This document shows, one piece after another, positions 9,584 to 21,013 of a DNA stretch of 64,000 nucleotides. Source of the DNA: Actinomycetota bacterium (GTDB lineage Bacteria; Actinomycetota; Actinomycetes; S36-B12; UBA5976); contig RFTJ01000005.1 of NCBI GenBank assembly GCA_009923495.1, forward strand, positions 39,321 to 103,320, written 5' to 3'. A program made the position numbers and the translations under genes. Positions within the stretch are counted from its first letter, which is position 1. Every line of letters starts with the position of its first letter. Below the pieces are notes generated by a model. It was not told the origin of the DNA, did no database searches, and saw only the letters and a program-made list of their open reading frames with translations.

Positions 9584-10663
9584 TTAATCGTCACGTTCTT
9601 TACTGTCACGATCTTTTGAATCGGATGAATCGCGAGAATCTTCATCTCTGTCGCCTGAGTCAAGGTGCTTACGGTCATGACCCGCACTTCCCTTTATTCG
9701 ATCTGATCCTTCGTTGCCATCAAGTTCATCATCGCCATCGCCACCATCAAGAGAGTCATCTCCAGCGCCACCATTTAACTTGTCATTACCTGCGTTGCCC
9801 GTCAAAGTGTCGTTGCCGGCATTGCCGTTCAAAGTGTCATCACTGTCGCTGCCATAGAGTTTGTCCGCGCCGTCGTTACCGTTAATCAGGTCGGTGCCAG
9901 CGCCACCTGTTTCAGTGTCGTTGCCGGAATTGCCATTTAGCGTGTCATTACCATTGCCGCCAAGTTCGGTGTCATTGCCATTGCCACCGTTGACAACGTC
10001 ATCACCATCGCCACCGTCAATGCTGTCGTTGCCATCGCCACCGTCAATTGAATCCTTACCCGAGCCACCATTAACTTTGTCATTTCCTTCGCCAGCTGAA
10101 AGTGTGTCATCACCATCTTCACCGTTGACAGTGTCGTTTCCTGATGCAGTACTTACAGAATCATTGCCGGTCCCGCCAGCTACAACATCGTTGCCTTCGC
10201 CACCAGTTATTGCATCATTGCCGTCGCCACCGATGATTACATCGTTACCGCTATTGCCATCGACAGAATCATTGCCAGTGCCGCCATTTAATGCATCGTT
10301 GCCATCCTGGCCAGAAACCTTGTCAGCACCATCGCCGGCATTGACCACATCATTTCCTGATCCGGAATCAATGGTGTCGTTTCCCCCATTTCCAGATACC
10401 GTGTCATTGCCAGCACCTGAGTTGATGGTGTCGTTGCCGTCTGAATCACAGATGACATCATTGCCATTTCCTGAATTCACTACATGGTCACCGGTTCCAG
10501 TCACCACAATTACGTCGTTTCCGTTTGTTCCGTTTATCGTTGGCGCACTCGAGGTGATTGTTGCCGTGACTCCGTTGCAAGTGGCAACTGCTGCATGTGC
10601 TGTGATGCCAGTTTGCACAGTAGCTAGTGCAGTTATGGCCACTATTCCTAAAACTTTTTTCAT
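9584..10663 (-). CDS. Sec-exported protein composed almost entirely of RTX-type (hemolysin-type Ca2+-binding) nonapeptide repeats
   Basis: 359 aa. It has an N-terminal signal peptide MKKVLGIVAITALATVQTGITAHA, then roughly 30 consecutive G-x-G-N-D-x-[VIL]-x-G units (hand count), then a highly charged tail DRKHLDSGDRDEDSRDSSDSKDRDSKERDD. Confidence 0.85.
   Translation of the reverse strand: MKKVLGIVAITALATVQTGITAHAAVATCNGVTATITSSAPTINGTNGNDVIVVTGTGDHVVNSGNGNDVICDSDGNDTINSGAGNDTVSGNGGNDTIDSGSGNDVVNAGDGADKVSGQDGNDALNGGTGNDSVDGNSGNDVIIGGDGNDAITGGEGNDVVAGGTGNDSVSTASGNDTVNGEDGDDTLSAGEGNDKVNGGSGKDSIDGGDGNDSIDGGDGDDVVNGGNGNDTELGGNGNDTLNGNSGNDTETGGAGTDLINGNDGADKLYGSDSDDTLNGNAGNDTLTGNAGNDKLNGGAGDDSLDGGDGDDELDGNEGSDRIKGSAGHDRKHLDSGDRDEDSRDSSDSKDRDSKERDD
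9658..10531 (-). repeat. Tandem 27-nt-period coding repeats (RTX nonapeptides)
   Basis: The GGNGNDT-type units recur every 9 codons across most of the CDS. The long mirror ORF on the plus strand (9861..10679, SLP-rich) is a by-product of this periodicity. The boundaries are approximate. Confidence 0.8.
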
Positions 10664-10804
10664 GACTAACTACTCCTAGACGGGTTGAGGTACTGCTCTC
10701 AACTTAGGCGAAAGTCAGCCAAAAAGCAGGTTGAAGGCATCCAAAAATGATCCAAAATTTAGCAAAATTTAGCGATAAGAATATTTGGCTAACGAGAGTA
10801 AAAG

Positions 10805-11098
10805 CTAGTCAGCGCCTAGTAGTTCCTCGATATTTACATCCTTGAAGGTCAAAATCCGTGCTTGTTTCACAAATCTGGCCTGCCCGTACAAATCCCATAC
10901 CCAGGCATCCAGAATCGTTAAATCGAAATAAACATCTCCTGAGTCATTGGTGCAGACCTTCAAGTCGTGGCCATTAGCCAAATACATTCGGCGCTCGGTG
11001 TGAATTATGTAGCGATATGCGTGAACTAAATCGCCATAAGATTCGTAAAGGTTTAACTCAAGTTCAGTTTCTTTACGCTCTAATTCTTCAGCACTCAT
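10805..11098 (-). CDS. DUF2469 family protein (conserved actinobacterial)
   Basis: 97 aa beginning MSAEELERKETELELNLYESYGDLVHAYRYIIHTERRMYLAN. It has the length, sequence style and position (next to rnhB) of the actinobacterial DUF2469 protein. The family assignment is from memory. Confidence 0.7.
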   Translation of the reverse strand: MSAEELERKETELELNLYESYGDLVHAYRYIIHTERRMYLANGHDLKVCTNDSGDVYFDLTILDAWVWDLYGQARFVKQARILTFKDVNIEELLGAD

Positions 11099-11108
11099 AC
11101 TTCCTAGC

Positions 11109-11771
11109 CTATGCCCCAGCCGACGATGACAGGCTCCACGACTTACGGTGATATTCGGTTAGTCCAACTTCACGAATTGCTGTCATATGTTTAGCGGCGC
11201 CGTAACCAACATTTGAGGCCCAGCCATACTGGGGAAAGGTTAACGCAAGTTTTTGCATATATTCGTCGCGTTCGACTTTGGCAAGGACACTTGCAGCCGC
11301 TACTGAAGCACAACTTGCATCGGCTTTAATCTTGAGCGTTACTGGCAAATCTATGCTTGGGATGTCAATTGTGAATAGGTCGGATTCTTTGCCTTGCAGC
11401 CAGTTGTGCTTGCCATCAAGAATTATGTGGTTGGGCTTGATTGCCAACCCTGAATACGCTCTTGTCCATGCAAGGCGAAGGGCATTTATTATTCCGATTT
11501 CATCTATTTCGGCAGCGGTGGCTGAGCCAACCGCGCATGATTTGGTCCACTGCTTTATTGCTAGGTAATTTTCTAAGCGCGCTTTGGCGCTCATCTGCTT
11601 GCTGTCCCGTAATTGTGCTGGTGGTTGAGCTACGTCTACATCAATTACTGCTACACCCACGCTTACCGGTCCAGCTAAAGCGCCACGGCCAACTTCATCA
11701 ACGCCAGCGACAAACTTAACTCCTTGAGTGAACAACAAATGTTCTTCAATCAAGGATGGCGCGACTGACAT
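11109..11771 (-). CDS. rnhB: Ribonuclease HII
   Basis: RNase HII active-site region VAGVDEVGRGALAGPVSVG…DSKQ…. I trimmed the start to ATG 11771..11769, which overlaps the lepB stop by 1 nt (TAATG). The ORF-track start is 11807. Confidence 0.9.
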   Translation of the reverse strand: MSVAPSLIEEHLLFTQGVKFVAGVDEVGRGALAGPVSVGVAVIDVDVAQPPAQLRDSKQMSAKARLENYLAIKQWTKSCAVGSATAAEIDEIGIINALRLAWTRAYSGLAIKPNHIILDGKHNWLQGKESDLFTIDIPSIDLPVTLKIKADASCASVAAASVLAKVERDEYMQKLALTFPQYGWASNVGYGAAKHMTAIREVGLTEYHRKSWSLSSSAGA

Positions 11772-12415
11772 TAGCGCTCGATGCCACCGATTCGATCGAG
11801 TGGCCATATCCGCACTGAAACTCTGCCCACTACATCTTTTAATGGAACCATGCCATTGTTCAGGTCTAGATGGAATCTTGAATCTTCCGAATTGCCACGG
11901 TTGTCACCCATAACAAATACATGGCCGTCAGGAACTAGCACGCTGAAGTCAACTTGGTTAGTGCTCGATCCTGCCCGTATGTAGGGCTCATCAATCCCTT
12001 CACCATTTCGCACGATGCGCCCTTTGGTATCGCAACACTGAATTTGATCTCCGGCCACACCAATAACGCGCTTCACTAGATCCTTGCCTGAATTAGCTGG
12101 AACAATGCCGACATACTGCAGGAAGTGTCCAAGCTTTCCGCTGTAGGGATTGGTGTATCCAACGCCCAGCCAACTGCTTGGGTCATGAAAAACAATGACA
12201 TCGCCCCGGTTAACACCAGTAATTTTTGTCGAAATTTTGGAAACCACAATTCGGTCGTTGATCTGCAGAGTACTTTCCATTGACGCACTCGGAACATAAA
12301 ACGCTTGAAAAATAAAAGTGCGAACCAAGACTGAAAGCACCAAAGCCGAGACAAGGACGACTGCAGTTTCGCGGAGAAAACCACCCGGCTTTTTAGTCAT
12401 AGTTCTGCTTTCCAT
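11771..12415 (-). CDS. lepB: Signal peptidase I (bacterial P-type, Ser-Lys dyad)
   Basis: 214 aa with an N-terminal TM anchor, the catalytic Ser box YVPSASMESTL, the Lys box DLVKRVIGVAGD, and GDNRGNSEDSR. Confidence 0.92.
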   Translation of the reverse strand: MESRTMTKKPGGFLRETAVVLVSALVLSVLVRTFIFQAFYVPSASMESTLQINDRIVVSKISTKITGVNRGDVIVFHDPSSWLGVGYTNPYSGKLGHFLQYVGIVPANSGKDLVKRVIGVAGDQIQCCDTKGRIVRNGEGIDEPYIRAGSSTNQVDFSVLVPDGHVFVMGDNRGNSEDSRFHLDLNNGMVPLKDVVGRVSVRIWPLDRIGGIER

Positions 12416-12514
12416 TTACTAAGTAATTATTCCGTAATGGACAGGTAAATGCAGGAAACCGAGTAACTAGTGAGTAACTAATTGCCAATCCCAAACAGTC
12501 GCCTGGGATTCAAA

Positions 12515-12865
12515 TTAGGAGTTTTCGCGCTTTTCGCGAATTTTGGCAGCCTTGCCACGAAGATCGCGCAAGTAGTACAACTTCGCACGGCGCACATCGC
12601 CACGGCTGACGAGTTCGATTTTCTCAACGATTGGTGAATGTACTGGAAAGGTGCGCTCAACACCAGTTCCAAAGCTAACCTTGCGAACTGTGAAAGTCTC
12701 GCGAACGCCACCGCCATGGATGCGGATTACGATGCCCTGAAAAATCTGAATACGTGAGCGGTTGCCTTCAATAACGCGAACGTGCACTTTGACGGTGTCA
12801 CCGGCGCGGAAGTCAGGAATATCGCTGCGAAGTGAAGCGGAATCTAGATCGTCTAAGTAATGCAT
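12515..12865 (-). CDS. rplS: 50S ribosomal protein L19
   Basis: L19 core …[29 protein letters not shown]…[19 protein letters not shown] trimmed the start from 12907 to ATG 12865, which has GGAG upstream. Confidence 0.93.
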   Translation of the reverse strand: MHYLDDLDSASLRSDIPDFRAGDTVKVHVRVIEGNRSRIQIFQGIVIRIHGGGVRETFTVRKVSFGTGVERTFPVHSPIVEKIELVSRGDVRRAKLYYLRDLRGKAAKIREKRENS

Positions 12866-13024
12866 AACTACTCCAGGAGACATGTCGCCGCAGGTCGCAT
12901 ACCTCAATAAAGGTCTTGCCCGATGTTCGTTATCAACTTTGTTAGCGACTCCCCTACGGCAGAGGTGCTAGTTGCAACTATCTGAGTTTGCCATAAACCG
13001 CTAGTTTGCGCCAAATTCGGGAAG

Positions 13025-13714
13025 TTATTTGCCTAAATCTGGACGGTTCTGCGCTGTACGCTGCTGTGCTTGAGCGAGTCGCCAGGCTGCAATCTTGGCG
13101 TGATCGCCAGAAGTTAGAATTTCGGGAACCACCAAGTCGCGCCAACTAGGTGGTCGAGTGTAGACCGGACCTTCGACTAAATTCTCCATAGCGCCTTCTG
13201 CGAATGAGTCGTCTTGAAAACTTTGTTCGTTGCCTAAAACGCCAGGGACTAATCGCACCATAGCCTCAATCATGGCCAACACTGCTACTTCGCCCCCGGC
13301 TAGGACATAGTCTCCGATAGAAACTTCCATCACTTTGACTCTGGTGGCGTAGTGTTCTGCTACTCGTGAATCAATCCCCTCGTAGCGACCACAGGCGAAA
13401 ACCACATGTCCGGCGCCTGAAAGTTGCTGCGCCACTTTTTGATCAAAAACCTTTCCCGAAGGAGTTGGAATTACCAGAATCGAATCTGGTTGCACTAACT
13501 CATCAAGCACTTCACCCCAAGGCTCTGGTTTCATGACCATGCCTGGCCCACCACCATAAGGGGTGTCGTCAACGGTGTGATGTTTGTCATAGGTATGGCT
13601 TCGCAAATCGTGAATTGCAACTTGGAGTAGACCATCTTGCGTAGCCTTGCCAATTAGTGACAATTTCAATGGCTCAAAGTATTCAGGGAAAATGCTAACG
13701 ACATCAATCTGCAT
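13025..13714 (-). CDS. trmD: tRNA (guanine37-N1)-methyltransferase
   Basis: [24 protein letters not shown]…[14 protein letters not shown]…[11 protein letters not shown]…[12 protein letters not shown] trimmed the start to ATG 13714, which overlaps the rimM end by 11 nt. Confidence 0.93.
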   Translation of the reverse strand: MQIDVVSIFPEYFEPLKLSLIGKATQDGLLQVAIHDLRSHTYDKHHTVDDTPYGGGPGMVMKPEPWGEVLDELVQPDSILVIPTPSGKVFDQKVAQQLSGAGHVVFACGRYEGIDSRVAEHYATRVKVMEVSIGDYVLAGGEVAVLAMIEAMVRLVPGVLGNEQSFQDDSFAEGAMENLVEGPVYTRPPSWRDLVVPEILTSGDHAKIAAWRLAQAQQRTAQNRPDLGK

Positions 13715-14246
13715 CAGCTTCACCTCGGACAACTTCTGCTTCGGAATCATCCAATAAACCTGGTGGCGGATTTAACGTGACAATACCGGCCAGGATATCA
13801 ATTTCTGGAACTATTTGTTTCACAAATGGAACCAAAACTTCATTTCCAGGTTCCGCCACAATGGCCAATAAATCTTGAGCAGGCAAATGAACAACTTCAC
13901 TCACTTTTCCAACAGTCGAACCGTCAACCAACTTGGCAGTTAGACCGATGAGTTGATGATCGTAAAACTCGTCTGGATCAGTGGGTAACTGTAGTGGATC
14001 AACATCGATTGATAACTCGAGAGATTTTATTTCATCAGCCATTGTTCGATCATCTATGCCGACGAAATGGACCACGAATTTCCCGCTATGCCACTTGGTT
14101 GAAGCCACCGTTAGGGTTCGTTTGTTGCTCGTCGTGAGGTTACTTCCTTGGGCAAAGCGAATCTCTGGTTCATCTGTAAATGGTTCAACAAATACGTCGC
14201 CACGAACCCCATGGGCTCGACCGATTCGCCCGACAACGAGCAGCAT
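13704..14246 (-). CDS. rimM: 16S rRNA processing protein RimM
   Basis: 180 aa beginning [27 protein letters not shown], with a PRC barrel C-terminal half. It sits in the rpsP-KH-rimM-trmD order. Confidence 0.9.
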   Translation of the reverse strand: MLLVVGRIGRAHGVRGDVFVEPFTDEPEIRFAQGSNLTTSNKRTLTVASTKWHSGKFVVHFVGIDDRTMADEIKSLELSIDVDPLQLPTDPDEFYDHQLIGLTAKLVDGSTVGKVSEVVHLPAQDLLAIVAEPGNEVLVPFVKQIVPEIDILAGIVTLNPPPGLLDDSEAEVVRGEADAD

Positions 14247-14249
14247 TAA

Positions 14250-14486
14250 TTAGCGCTCGTCAACGTCGAGAATATCTATACGCACATTACCTTTTGTAGA
14301 AATTGCGTTTAGTACTGTGCGCAGTGCGGAAGCGGTACGACCAGCCTTACCAATTACTCGACCCATATCTTCTGGATTAACTTGAACTTCCAGTGTTGTG
14401 CCGCGACCTTGACGTTCGCGGACAACAACGTCATCTGGATAATCAACTATCCCGCGAACGAGATGTTCTAAGGCATCGTCAAGCAT
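14250..14486 (-). CDS. KH domain RNA-binding protein (YlqC-like)
   Basis: 78 aa with the KH GxxG loop VIGKAGRTASALRTVL, in its conserved position between rpsP and rimM. Confidence 0.85.
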   Translation of the reverse strand: MLDDALEHLVRGIVDYPDDVVVRERQGRGTTLEVQVNPEDMGRVIGKAGRTASALRTVLNAISTKGNVRIDILDVDER

Positions 14487-14489
14487 GGA

Positions 14490-15080
14490 TTAAGCCTCTT
14501 CAGCAGGTGCTTCTTCGGCGACAACTTCAACAACTGGAGCCTCTTCGGCGGCAGGTGCTTCTTCGGCTGGAGCAGCAACTTCTTCGGCAGGTGCTTCTTC
14601 GGCTGGAGCAACAACTTCGGCATCTGTTACCTCAACTGCTGGCACTTCTTCAATTGCTTCTACTGCGGCAACTTCTGCTTCGGTAACTTCAACTTTTGGC
14701 TCAGCCTTTGGCTTAATAGTTGGAGTGCGTGGCTCATCAGCAACTGCCAATACAGTCGCAGCGAAGTTGTCGAGTTTGCTGGTCTTGGCCTCGGCAACTT
14801 TTAGTGTGCCTTCAGCGCCTGGCAGGCCCTTGAATTTTTGCCAATCGCCAGTAATTTTCAATAGGGCAAGCACTGGCTCAGTTGGCTGAGCGCCAACGCC
14901 TAACCAATACTGGACCCGCTCAGAGTTAATCTGAATAAGACTTGGTTCTTCTTTTGGATGGTACAAACCGATTTCTTCTATTGCACGGCCATCGCGTGCG
15001 GTACGCGAGTCAGCAATGACCACGCGGTACTGGGGATTACGAATTTTGCCGAGACGCTTGAGCTTGATCTTTACAGCCAC
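14490..15080 (-). CDS. rpsP: 30S ribosomal protein S16 with a long low-complexity C-terminal extension
   Basis: N-terminal S16 domain [42 protein letters not shown]…, followed by about 80 residues rich in A/E/V/P (…[37 protein letters not shown]). Confidence 0.92.
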   Translation of the reverse strand: MAVKIKLKRLGKIRNPQYRVVIADSRTARDGRAIEEIGLYHPKEEPSLIQINSERVQYWLGVGAQPTEPVLALLKITGDWQKFKGLPGAEGTLKVAEAKTSKLDNFAATVLAVADEPRTPTIKPKAEPKVEVTEAEVAAVEAIEEVPAVEVTDAEVVAPAEEAPAEEVAAPAEEAPAAEEAPVVEVVAEEAPAEEA

Positions 15081-15256
15081 GAAATTTATTTCTCCTGAGT
15101 ATGGTTTGAACGGTTTTGCGGTTCATGTGGGGCAAGAACTGCGCAACAATTCGGATGAATCCGCAAAAAGACACAGGTAGAGGGCCGGCGCTTTAGGCGG
15201 GATTACTTGAGATAGTCTGCCAGATTTCGGGCAATCAGTGAAATCAGGGCCGAAAC

Positions 15257-16759
15257 TCAGTGGGGACCGAGTAAATCTTTAAAGGCGCTAGGTAATTCAG
15301 TAAGTTCATTCGCCGGTGATTCTGGGCTAATGCCAGCTGCCTCGGCGGCTCGCTTCGCTGGGTTTCCTGAACGCTTTGCTCCTTTTCCGGGCTTCTTTTT
15401 GCTAGTTGCTTGTCGGACAGGTAAGCCTGGCATCGCTGGAATGCCAGGCACCGATCCACCCTTGGCCATCTGCTTCATAACTTTTTGCGCCTGACTAAAT
15501 CGGTCAATCAAGCCATTCACATCGCTAACTTGCGTGCCCGAGCCTCGGGCGATTCGAGCGCGACGCGATCCGTTCAGAATCTTTGGATCATCACGTTCGG
15601 ACGGAGTCATGGACGAGATGATTGCGGTCACCCGATCAATCTCGCGATCGTCAATGTTTTCAATCTGCTTTTTCATGTCGCCCATGCCAGGCATCATTCC
15701 CATGATTTTTGACATCGAGCCAAGTTTTTTCATTTGCTTCATTTGTTCCATGAAGTCGCTCAATGTGAAGTTATCGCCTGATTGAAGTTTAGCTGCCAGT
15801 TTTGCAGTTTGGTCTTCATCAAATGTTGCTTCAGCTTGCTCTATGAGGGTTAAAACATCGCCCATGTCAAGAATGCGTGATGCCATCCGATCTGGATGAA
15901 AAATCTCAAAGTCGGTTAACTTCTCACCAGTTGATGCGTACATTATTGGTCTATTTGTTACGGTTGCCACTGAAAGTGCAGCACCACCACGAGCATCGCC
16001 ATCAAGTTTGGTTAGTACAACTGCATCAATTCCGATTTGCTCAGCAAAAGTCTGCGCCGTGTTAACCGCGTCCTGACCAGTCATTGCGTCAATTACGAGC
16101 AGAGTTTCTGTTGGCCCAGCTTCATCACGCACTTTGGCTAGTTGCGCCATCAATTCGTTATCAATACTTAAACGACCAGCTGTATCAACAATTACAACGT
16201 CGTGAAGTTTCTGCTTTGCAAATGCGATACCGTCTCGAGTAACTTGAACTGGATCGCCCACACCATTGCCCGGCTCTGGTGCATACACCAAAGTGTTGGC
16301 TTGTTCTCCAACAATTTTCAATTGATCTACAGCATTTGGTCGCTGTAAGTCGGCAGCAATTAACATCGGTTGATGCCCCTGGCTGCGCAGATGCAGCGCC
16401 AACTTTCCAGCAAGAGTAGTTTTACCAGCGCCTTGCAAGCCCGCAAGCAGAATTACGGTTGGTGGAGTTTTTGCCAACCGCAGTCGACGCGTTTGGCCCC
16501 CGAGAATTTCAACTAATTCTTCATTGACTATTTTTACTATTTGTTGCGCCGGATTTAGCGCAGCGGATACTTCAGCTCCTAGTGCTCGCTCTTTGACCCG
16601 AGAACAGAATGGACGTACGACTTCAAGAGCAACGTCAGCATCTAGTAGCGCAATGCGAATTTCACGAACGGTTTCATCGATGTCCGATTCGGTGAGTCGG
16701 CCTTTTCCCCTAAGTTGCTTAAAGGTTGCCGACAATCTGTCAGATAGCGATGCGAACAT
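15257..16759 (-). CDS. ffh: Signal recognition particle protein Ffh
   Basis: 500 aa. NG domain with GLQGAGKTT, DTAGR and TKLDGD, a Met-rich M domain (MGMMPGMGDM), and a basic tail. Confidence 0.95.
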   Translation of the reverse strand: MFASLSDRLSATFKQLRGKGRLTESDIDETVREIRIALLDADVALEVVRPFCSRVKERALGAEVSAALNPAQQIVKIVNEELVEILGGQTRRLRLAKTPPTVILLAGLQGAGKTTLAGKLALHLRSQGHQPMLIAADLQRPNAVDQLKIVGEQANTLVYAPEPGNGVGDPVQVTRDGIAFAKQKLHDVVIVDTAGRLSIDNELMAQLAKVRDEAGPTETLLVIDAMTGQDAVNTAQTFAEQIGIDAVVLTKLDGDARGGAALSVATVTNRPIMYASTGEKLTDFEIFHPDRMASRILDMGDVLTLIEQAEATFDEDQTAKLAAKLQSGDNFTLSDFMEQMKQMKKLGSMSKIMGMMPGMGDMKKQIENIDDREIDRVTAIISSMTPSERDDPKILNGSRRARIARGSGTQVSDVNGLIDRFSQAQKVMKQMAKGGSVPGIPAMPGLPVRQATSKKKPGKGAKRSGNPAKRAAEAAGISPESPANELTELPSAFKDLLGPH

Positions 16760-16800
16760 ACCGCAATTCTATCTAGGCTGTAGGCGACAAGCTTAGGCCA

Positions 16801-19140
16801 TCAAGTCACTGAATTGCTTAGCTCAAGAGCATCCAAAATAGTGGACCGCACTTCCTGAGCGCGTGCTGGAGTCAGATGAGCGCCACCTGCCGTCTTTTCA
16901 ATCACATAGAAGACATCCACTGCTTCTGATCCTAAGGTTGCAACACGGGCTGCGATAATGTCGACATTCACTGCTGAGATTGCGCCAGCCACGATTCGCA
17001 ATAGGCCAGGGAAATCGTGAGCTCGCACTTCAATCACGGTTGCGCGCGCCGAAACATCCTCGAGGATTTTTACTTGTGCTGGAGGGTAGGTGAACCCAGC
17101 GCCAAGCATATCTTGTCGCCGACGCTCTAGTCGGGCAGAAACATCCAACTGTCCATTCAAAATCAAACCAAGATCTCGAGCGATTTCCTGAATGTCTGGC
17201 ATGTCGCCATACTGTGGGGTCACACCCCAAACACTGACCGCCCGCTCGCCAACTGTTTGTGTAGTTGCGGTTCTAACACTTAACTGATGGAGCGCCAATA
17301 CCCCAGCACAAGCAGCAAGTAAACCCGTGGCATCGGGAGCCGAGATTGTTATTGTTGGCAGGCTGGACATTGAATCGAGCAAAACTTCAATGTCTCCTGA
17401 CGCACCGACCTCGAGGCGCTCTGGATCAAGTTCTGGTGGTGGTGGAATCTCATCTCCCCTAAGTACGGCATGAACTCGACTAACCAAATCCGAAATAAGC
17501 GAAAGTCGCCATTCTGATGAGACTGCTGGTCCCGTGGCGCGTGAATCTGCCTCTGTCAAAGCGTGCAGCATTTCAAGGAAATCGTGTTCCTGCACAATTT
17601 GAGCCACAAAATTTATCGTCGCATCATCTTCGGGGTCACGCTTAGTTGCGACGTCTGGAAGCAGCAGGTGATGCTCCACCATCTTGACTAAGGTGGCAGA
17701 TTCACTGTCGTCGAAACCAAGGCGCTGGGCAATCCCTGGCATGATCTCAACACCGACTTCGGTGTGGTCACGATCTTGAGCTTTGCCGATGTCATGAAAC
17801 AGCGCACCAATTAAGAGTAAGTCTGGCCGAGCAACACGTCTGGTCATGGTTGAAGCATTGATCGCAGTTTCGACTAAGTGTCTGTCAACCGTGAAAACAT
17901 GCAGTGGGTTATGTTGTGGTGCTGACCTGACAACCGCCCACTCTGGAATCAAACGATTAAAGATTTCAAATTGATCAAGTGCCTCCCAGACTGGCAGCGC
18001 CAACCTACCAGCGCCGATTAACGAAACCAGAGCCTCTCGGGCAGCTCTTGGCCATGGGGTTGGCATAGGTGCGGATTCACTTGCTAATCGATTCACCGTT
18101 TCTGGTTGCAAGCGCAGGCCGTGTTGGGCAGCAGCGGCGGCGGCCCGAAGCACCAATACTGGATCGGTACTGGGGTCTGCCGTTTTAGCCAGCACCACTT
18201 CTCCATCGCGGACCATAACACCAGGTGCCAATGGTGTCTCATCACTCATTACCGGCACAACTACTTTGCGTCGCAGTATTCCCTTGCGCTCAGTTACTCC
18301 TTGATGCTTGACTCGGTGCCAAGTTAGCTCAGAAATGTAACTGATGGTACGGCCGGCACTCGAAACTTGGCGAAGTAAAGCATCATCAGATTCAATTTCT
18401 AAAAGTTCGGCAACTGCGGCCTGCTCCTGCAAAGTTAACCGATCACTCGGTCGGCTGGTGACTAGGTGCAGGGCATCACGCACGTCGAGTAAGAATGCAT
18501 AAGCGCTGGCTAAACCTGTTTGGTCAACTTCGGCTATTCCTGTTGCGGCAACGCCATTGAGGATGCCTAAATCACGTAATCCACCGAACGATTCTTTTAA
18601 ATCAGGTTCCAGAAGGTGGGCAAGTTCGCCATTTCGAGTTATTCGATCTTGAACATAGCTTCGCAGTCCCGGTAACCTCTTCTGGCCCATTGCCCGCCAG
18701 TCTGCCAGAACCTGCTCCTTGAGTTTCTCGCAAAGAGATTCGTCGCCATAAACAGTGCGCGCATCAAGTAAGCCCAGAGCGACCTTTAAGTCATCAGCCG
18801 CCATGGTGCGGGCTTGGGCAACAGTGCGCACCGAGTGATCTAATTTCATTCCCTCATCCCAAATCGGATACCACAATTTGTTTGCGACTTGGGGAATCAA
18901 ATTTGGATTAGCTGACGGTGGCACTAGCAGCACTAGATCCAGGTCGCTACCTGGAGCTAATTCACCTCGACCATAACCGCCAACAGCGACAACAGCCCCG
19001 CCTAACTGACTAACACCAGCCGCTTGAGCTAGCTCCTTAATCCAACTATCTGTTAAAGCTAGGAGTTCGCTACGCCGCTTGGCACTTGGCTTGATTTTCT
19101 GAGCTAAAAACTCTTTTCGCTGATTCGAAAACTCGCCCAC
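16801..19140 (-). CDS. glnD: [Protein-PII] uridylyl/adenylyl-transferase GlnD
   Basis: 779 aa. Nucleotidyltransferase motif VAVGGYGRGELAPGSDLDLVLL, HD domain LFHDIGK, and two C-terminal ACT-like regions. It lies downstream of amtB-glnK. Confidence 0.92.
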   Translation of the reverse strand: MGEFSNQRKEFLAQKIKPSAKRRSELLALTDSWIKELAQAAGVSQLGGAVVAVGGYGRGELAPGSDLDLVLLVPPSANPNLIPQVANKLWYPIWDEGMKLDHSVRTVAQARTMAADDLKVALGLLDARTVYGDESLCEKLKEQVLADWRAMGQKRLPGLRSYVQDRITRNGELAHLLEPDLKESFGGLRDLGILNGVAATGIAEVDQTGLASAYAFLLDVRDALHLVTSRPSDRLTLQEQAAVAELLEIESDDALLRQVSSAGRTISYISELTWHRVKHQGVTERKGILRRKVVVPVMSDETPLAPGVMVRDGEVVLAKTADPSTDPVLVLRAAAAAAQHGLRLQPETVNRLASESAPMPTPWPRAAREALVSLIGAGRLALPVWEALDQFEIFNRLIPEWAVVRSAPQHNPLHVFTVDRHLVETAINASTMTRRVARPDLLLIGALFHDIGKAQDRDHTEVGVEIMPGIAQRLGFDDSESATLVKMVEHHLLLPDVATKRDPEDDATINFVAQIVQEHDFLEMLHALTEADSRATGPAVSSEWRLSLISDLVSRVHAVLRGDEIPPPPELDPERLEVGASGDIEVLLDSMSSLPTITISAPDATGLLAACAGVLALHQLSVRTATTQTVGERAVSVWGVTPQYGDMPDIQEIARDLGLILNGQLDVSARLERRRQDMLGAGFTYPPAQVKILEDVSARATVIEVRAHDFPGLLRIVAGAISAVNVDIIAARVATLGSEAVDVFYVIEKTAGGAHLTPARAQEVRSTILDALELSNSVT

Positions 19141-19165
19141 AGTAACTCCTTTCTAAAACTGACCC

Positions 19166-19212
19166 AAAAAAACAGGTGGCACTCGTGACATCAGTCGTCT
19201 CGAGTGCCACCT
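19166..19212 (-). terminator. Stem-loop plus T-run between glnK and glnD (intra-operon terminator/attenuator)
   Basis: Perfect 12-bp stem, AGGTGGCACTCG (19174..19185) with CGAGTGCCACCT (19201..19212), and 3 further inner base pairs. On the minus strand it is followed by GTTTTTTTGGG. Confidence 0.7.
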
Positions 19213-19220
19213 GAAATTAC

Positions 19221-20908
<1,688 letters not shown>

Positions 20909-21013
20909 TAGTCCTCCACTAATGTGCTTAGCAACTCTTCCCCTTGTGGCTAAAGCGCTAAATACGAATAAAACTACGACAGCGCTGTCGATACGCCTAT
21001 CTTTAATGGGTTG

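Noticed and set aside
9658-10531. Regular ~27-nt periodicity that could look superficially like a repeat array or CRISPR.
   Set aside because: The repeats are contiguous and in frame with no unique spacers, and they encode the RTX nonapeptide. No cas genes or leader are present.
9861-10679. A 272-aa plus-strand ORF with SLP/PPS-rich repeats, opposite the RTX-repeat gene.
   Set aside because: It is the mirror image of the 27-nt periodic GGNGND coding repeats. It has no signal peptide or RBS logic, whereas the minus-strand ORF has a signal peptide, a terminator and a recognisable repeat family.
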